A DNA stretch of 64,000 nt, taken from positions 1,600,001 to 1,664,000 of the forward strand of contig OY968796.1 in NCBI GenBank assembly GCA_963695545.1, in the 5' to 3' direction. Positions 62,831-64,000 of this stretch are shown piece after piece. Every line of letters starts with the position of its first letter. The first letter of the stretch is position 1. This stretch comes from Terriglobia bacterium (lineage in GTDB: Bacteria > Acidobacteriota > Terriglobia > Acidiferrales > UBA7541). The translations under genes and the position numbers were made by a program. The notes beneath the pieces were generated by a model. That model ran no database searches. It was not told the origin of the DNA and was given only the letters and a program-made list of their open reading frames with translations.

Positions 62831-63853
62831 TCAGCCCAGCGGGCGCGTAAGGATTGCGCCGATGGAATCTGCCCGTTGCGCAACTGCCGAAGCTGCCGAT
62901 CGAGTTATCGCAAGCCTCGGGTCGCCGGTGATATCGCAAGCGAGCCGCTTTCGCATCGCCCGGAAACGGTCGCTTAGGGTCGCGGAAGCTGGCCCAACAC
63001 AGCACAACGCTGTGCCATTCTCGTCCAAGGACGGTTGGCTCCTGTGCACGACCGCAGCATTGGAAGGCTCGATTCTGCCAACCTTGAATGAATTGAACTC
63101 AGTAAAATCGAAGAATTCAATCTCCAGATTTTGGCGCGCGGCCATATTCCGTATCGACGTCTCCGAAAACCACCAACTGTGAACCGGAGGATTCTCGGTC
63201 TTCCAATAAGCCCCGATCGGGAACATGGATTTGTTCGGCGTCGTGACTAGCGCAAAGCCGCCGGGTCGCAGTATGCGGCGAGTGTCGGCAAGGAGTGCTT
63301 CAGGTTTCTCAACGTGTTCAATGAGCTCCGTCAAGATCACGGCCGCGGCTGTGCCGGATTCGATGCTCGAAACTCCGTCGGCAGATTCGACGCGGTAACA
63401 GGGGCCGAAATGCTTGATCGCGGCCGAAATCGCTGCTTCCGAAAGGTCTAGGCCGGTGGCGTTGATGCCCGCGTGCCGAAGGGCGAACGTCAAATATCCT
63501 AATCCGCTACCTAGTTCGTAAACCGGGTCGTCGGAACCGAGACGCCGTTCCAGAACGACGTTGCGTACAAACCAGTAAACGCACTCCTGGCGCGCGAGCC
63601 AAGCTAGCGGATCGGGTTCTCGCGCGATCGCGCATGCGTAGCCGTGGTACCGGGCATATCCGGGAAGCACAGCGGAGTTTCTGTAGATGTGCTCGTAAAT
63701 CACAGGGCGAAAATGCGACGGATCAGCAAACTGCAGGTCGCAGTAAGGACACTCGTAGATCGCGAATCGCTGAGGCCTCTGGTAACCGCAATGTTCTGCA
63801 TTGAGAAGTCGTGAAAGTTTTCCACAAAGCTTGCATGGCTGCATGTTGAACAT
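62831..63853 (-). CDS. SAM-dependent methyltransferase with N-terminal zinc-binding motifs
   Basis: CKLC and CPYC, YELGSGLG, ELIEHV, LRPGG..VTTPN and PPVH. Start approximate. Confidence 0.87.
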   Translation of the reverse strand: MFNMQPCKLCGKLSRLLNAEHCGYQRPQRFAIYECPYCDLQFADPSHFRPVIYEHIYRNSAVLPGYARYHGYACAIAREPDPLAWLARQECVYWFVRNVVLERRLGSDDPVYELGSGLGYLTFALRHAGINATGLDLSEAAISAAIKHFGPCYRVESADGVSSIESGTAAAVILTELIEHVEKPEALLADTRRILRPGGFALVTTPNKSMFPIGAYWKTENPPVHSWWFSETSIRNMAARQNLEIEFFDFTEFNSFKVGRIEPSNAAVVHRSQPSLDENGTALCCVGPASATLSDRFRAMRKRLACDITGDPRLAITRSAASAVAQRADSIGAILTRPLG

Positions 63854-64000
63854 TCCTGATCTAAGTTCCGGACTTAGACTCCGTCTCGTTGAAAGATAAT
63901 CCTTTGAATCTACACTCTTACGCGAACGAGAGTTTCCGAAATCATGCCACTCGCTTCCTGGAAGAAGCGGAATCGGGTGCAAAATCCATGTGTCAAGGAA

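Overview
A high-GC bacterial chromosomal window. The 16S sequence, the Acidobacterial-type VWA proteins and the gene content point to Acidobacteriota. From left to right: the 3' part of a LysR-type regulator; a stand-alone 16S rRNA gene with its own promoter, boxA, processing stem and terminator but no tRNA or 23S; a translationally coupled three-gene operon (Mrr-type PD-(D/E)xK nuclease, multi-winged-helix protein, AAA+ ATPase), which is the best candidate for an undescribed defence system and lies next to a duplicated 3' end of mtnA and a ~500 bp islet of short repeats; housekeeping genes (mtnA, CPBP protease, GDP-mannose dehydratase-like, uvrA, DsbD-N plus redoxin); two tandem VWA-TPR paralogues; a Tat-exported GH95-like hydrolase; tRNA-Asn; rhodanese; a frameshifted polA; DinG; queD/queE/queC. 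From ~34 kb to the end is a large surface-polysaccharide locus (O-antigen-ligase-like gene, Wza, Wzc, a Wzm with no Wzt, sugar-nucleotide enzymes, glycosyltransferases, an acyltransferase and about 11 methyltransferases, several decayed). Non-coding features include a dispersed ~27 bp hairpin repeat with covariation, an exactly duplicated 44 bp promoter and a candidate structured RNA upstream of the DsbD-N gene. All calls come from motif recognition by eye; no searches were run.
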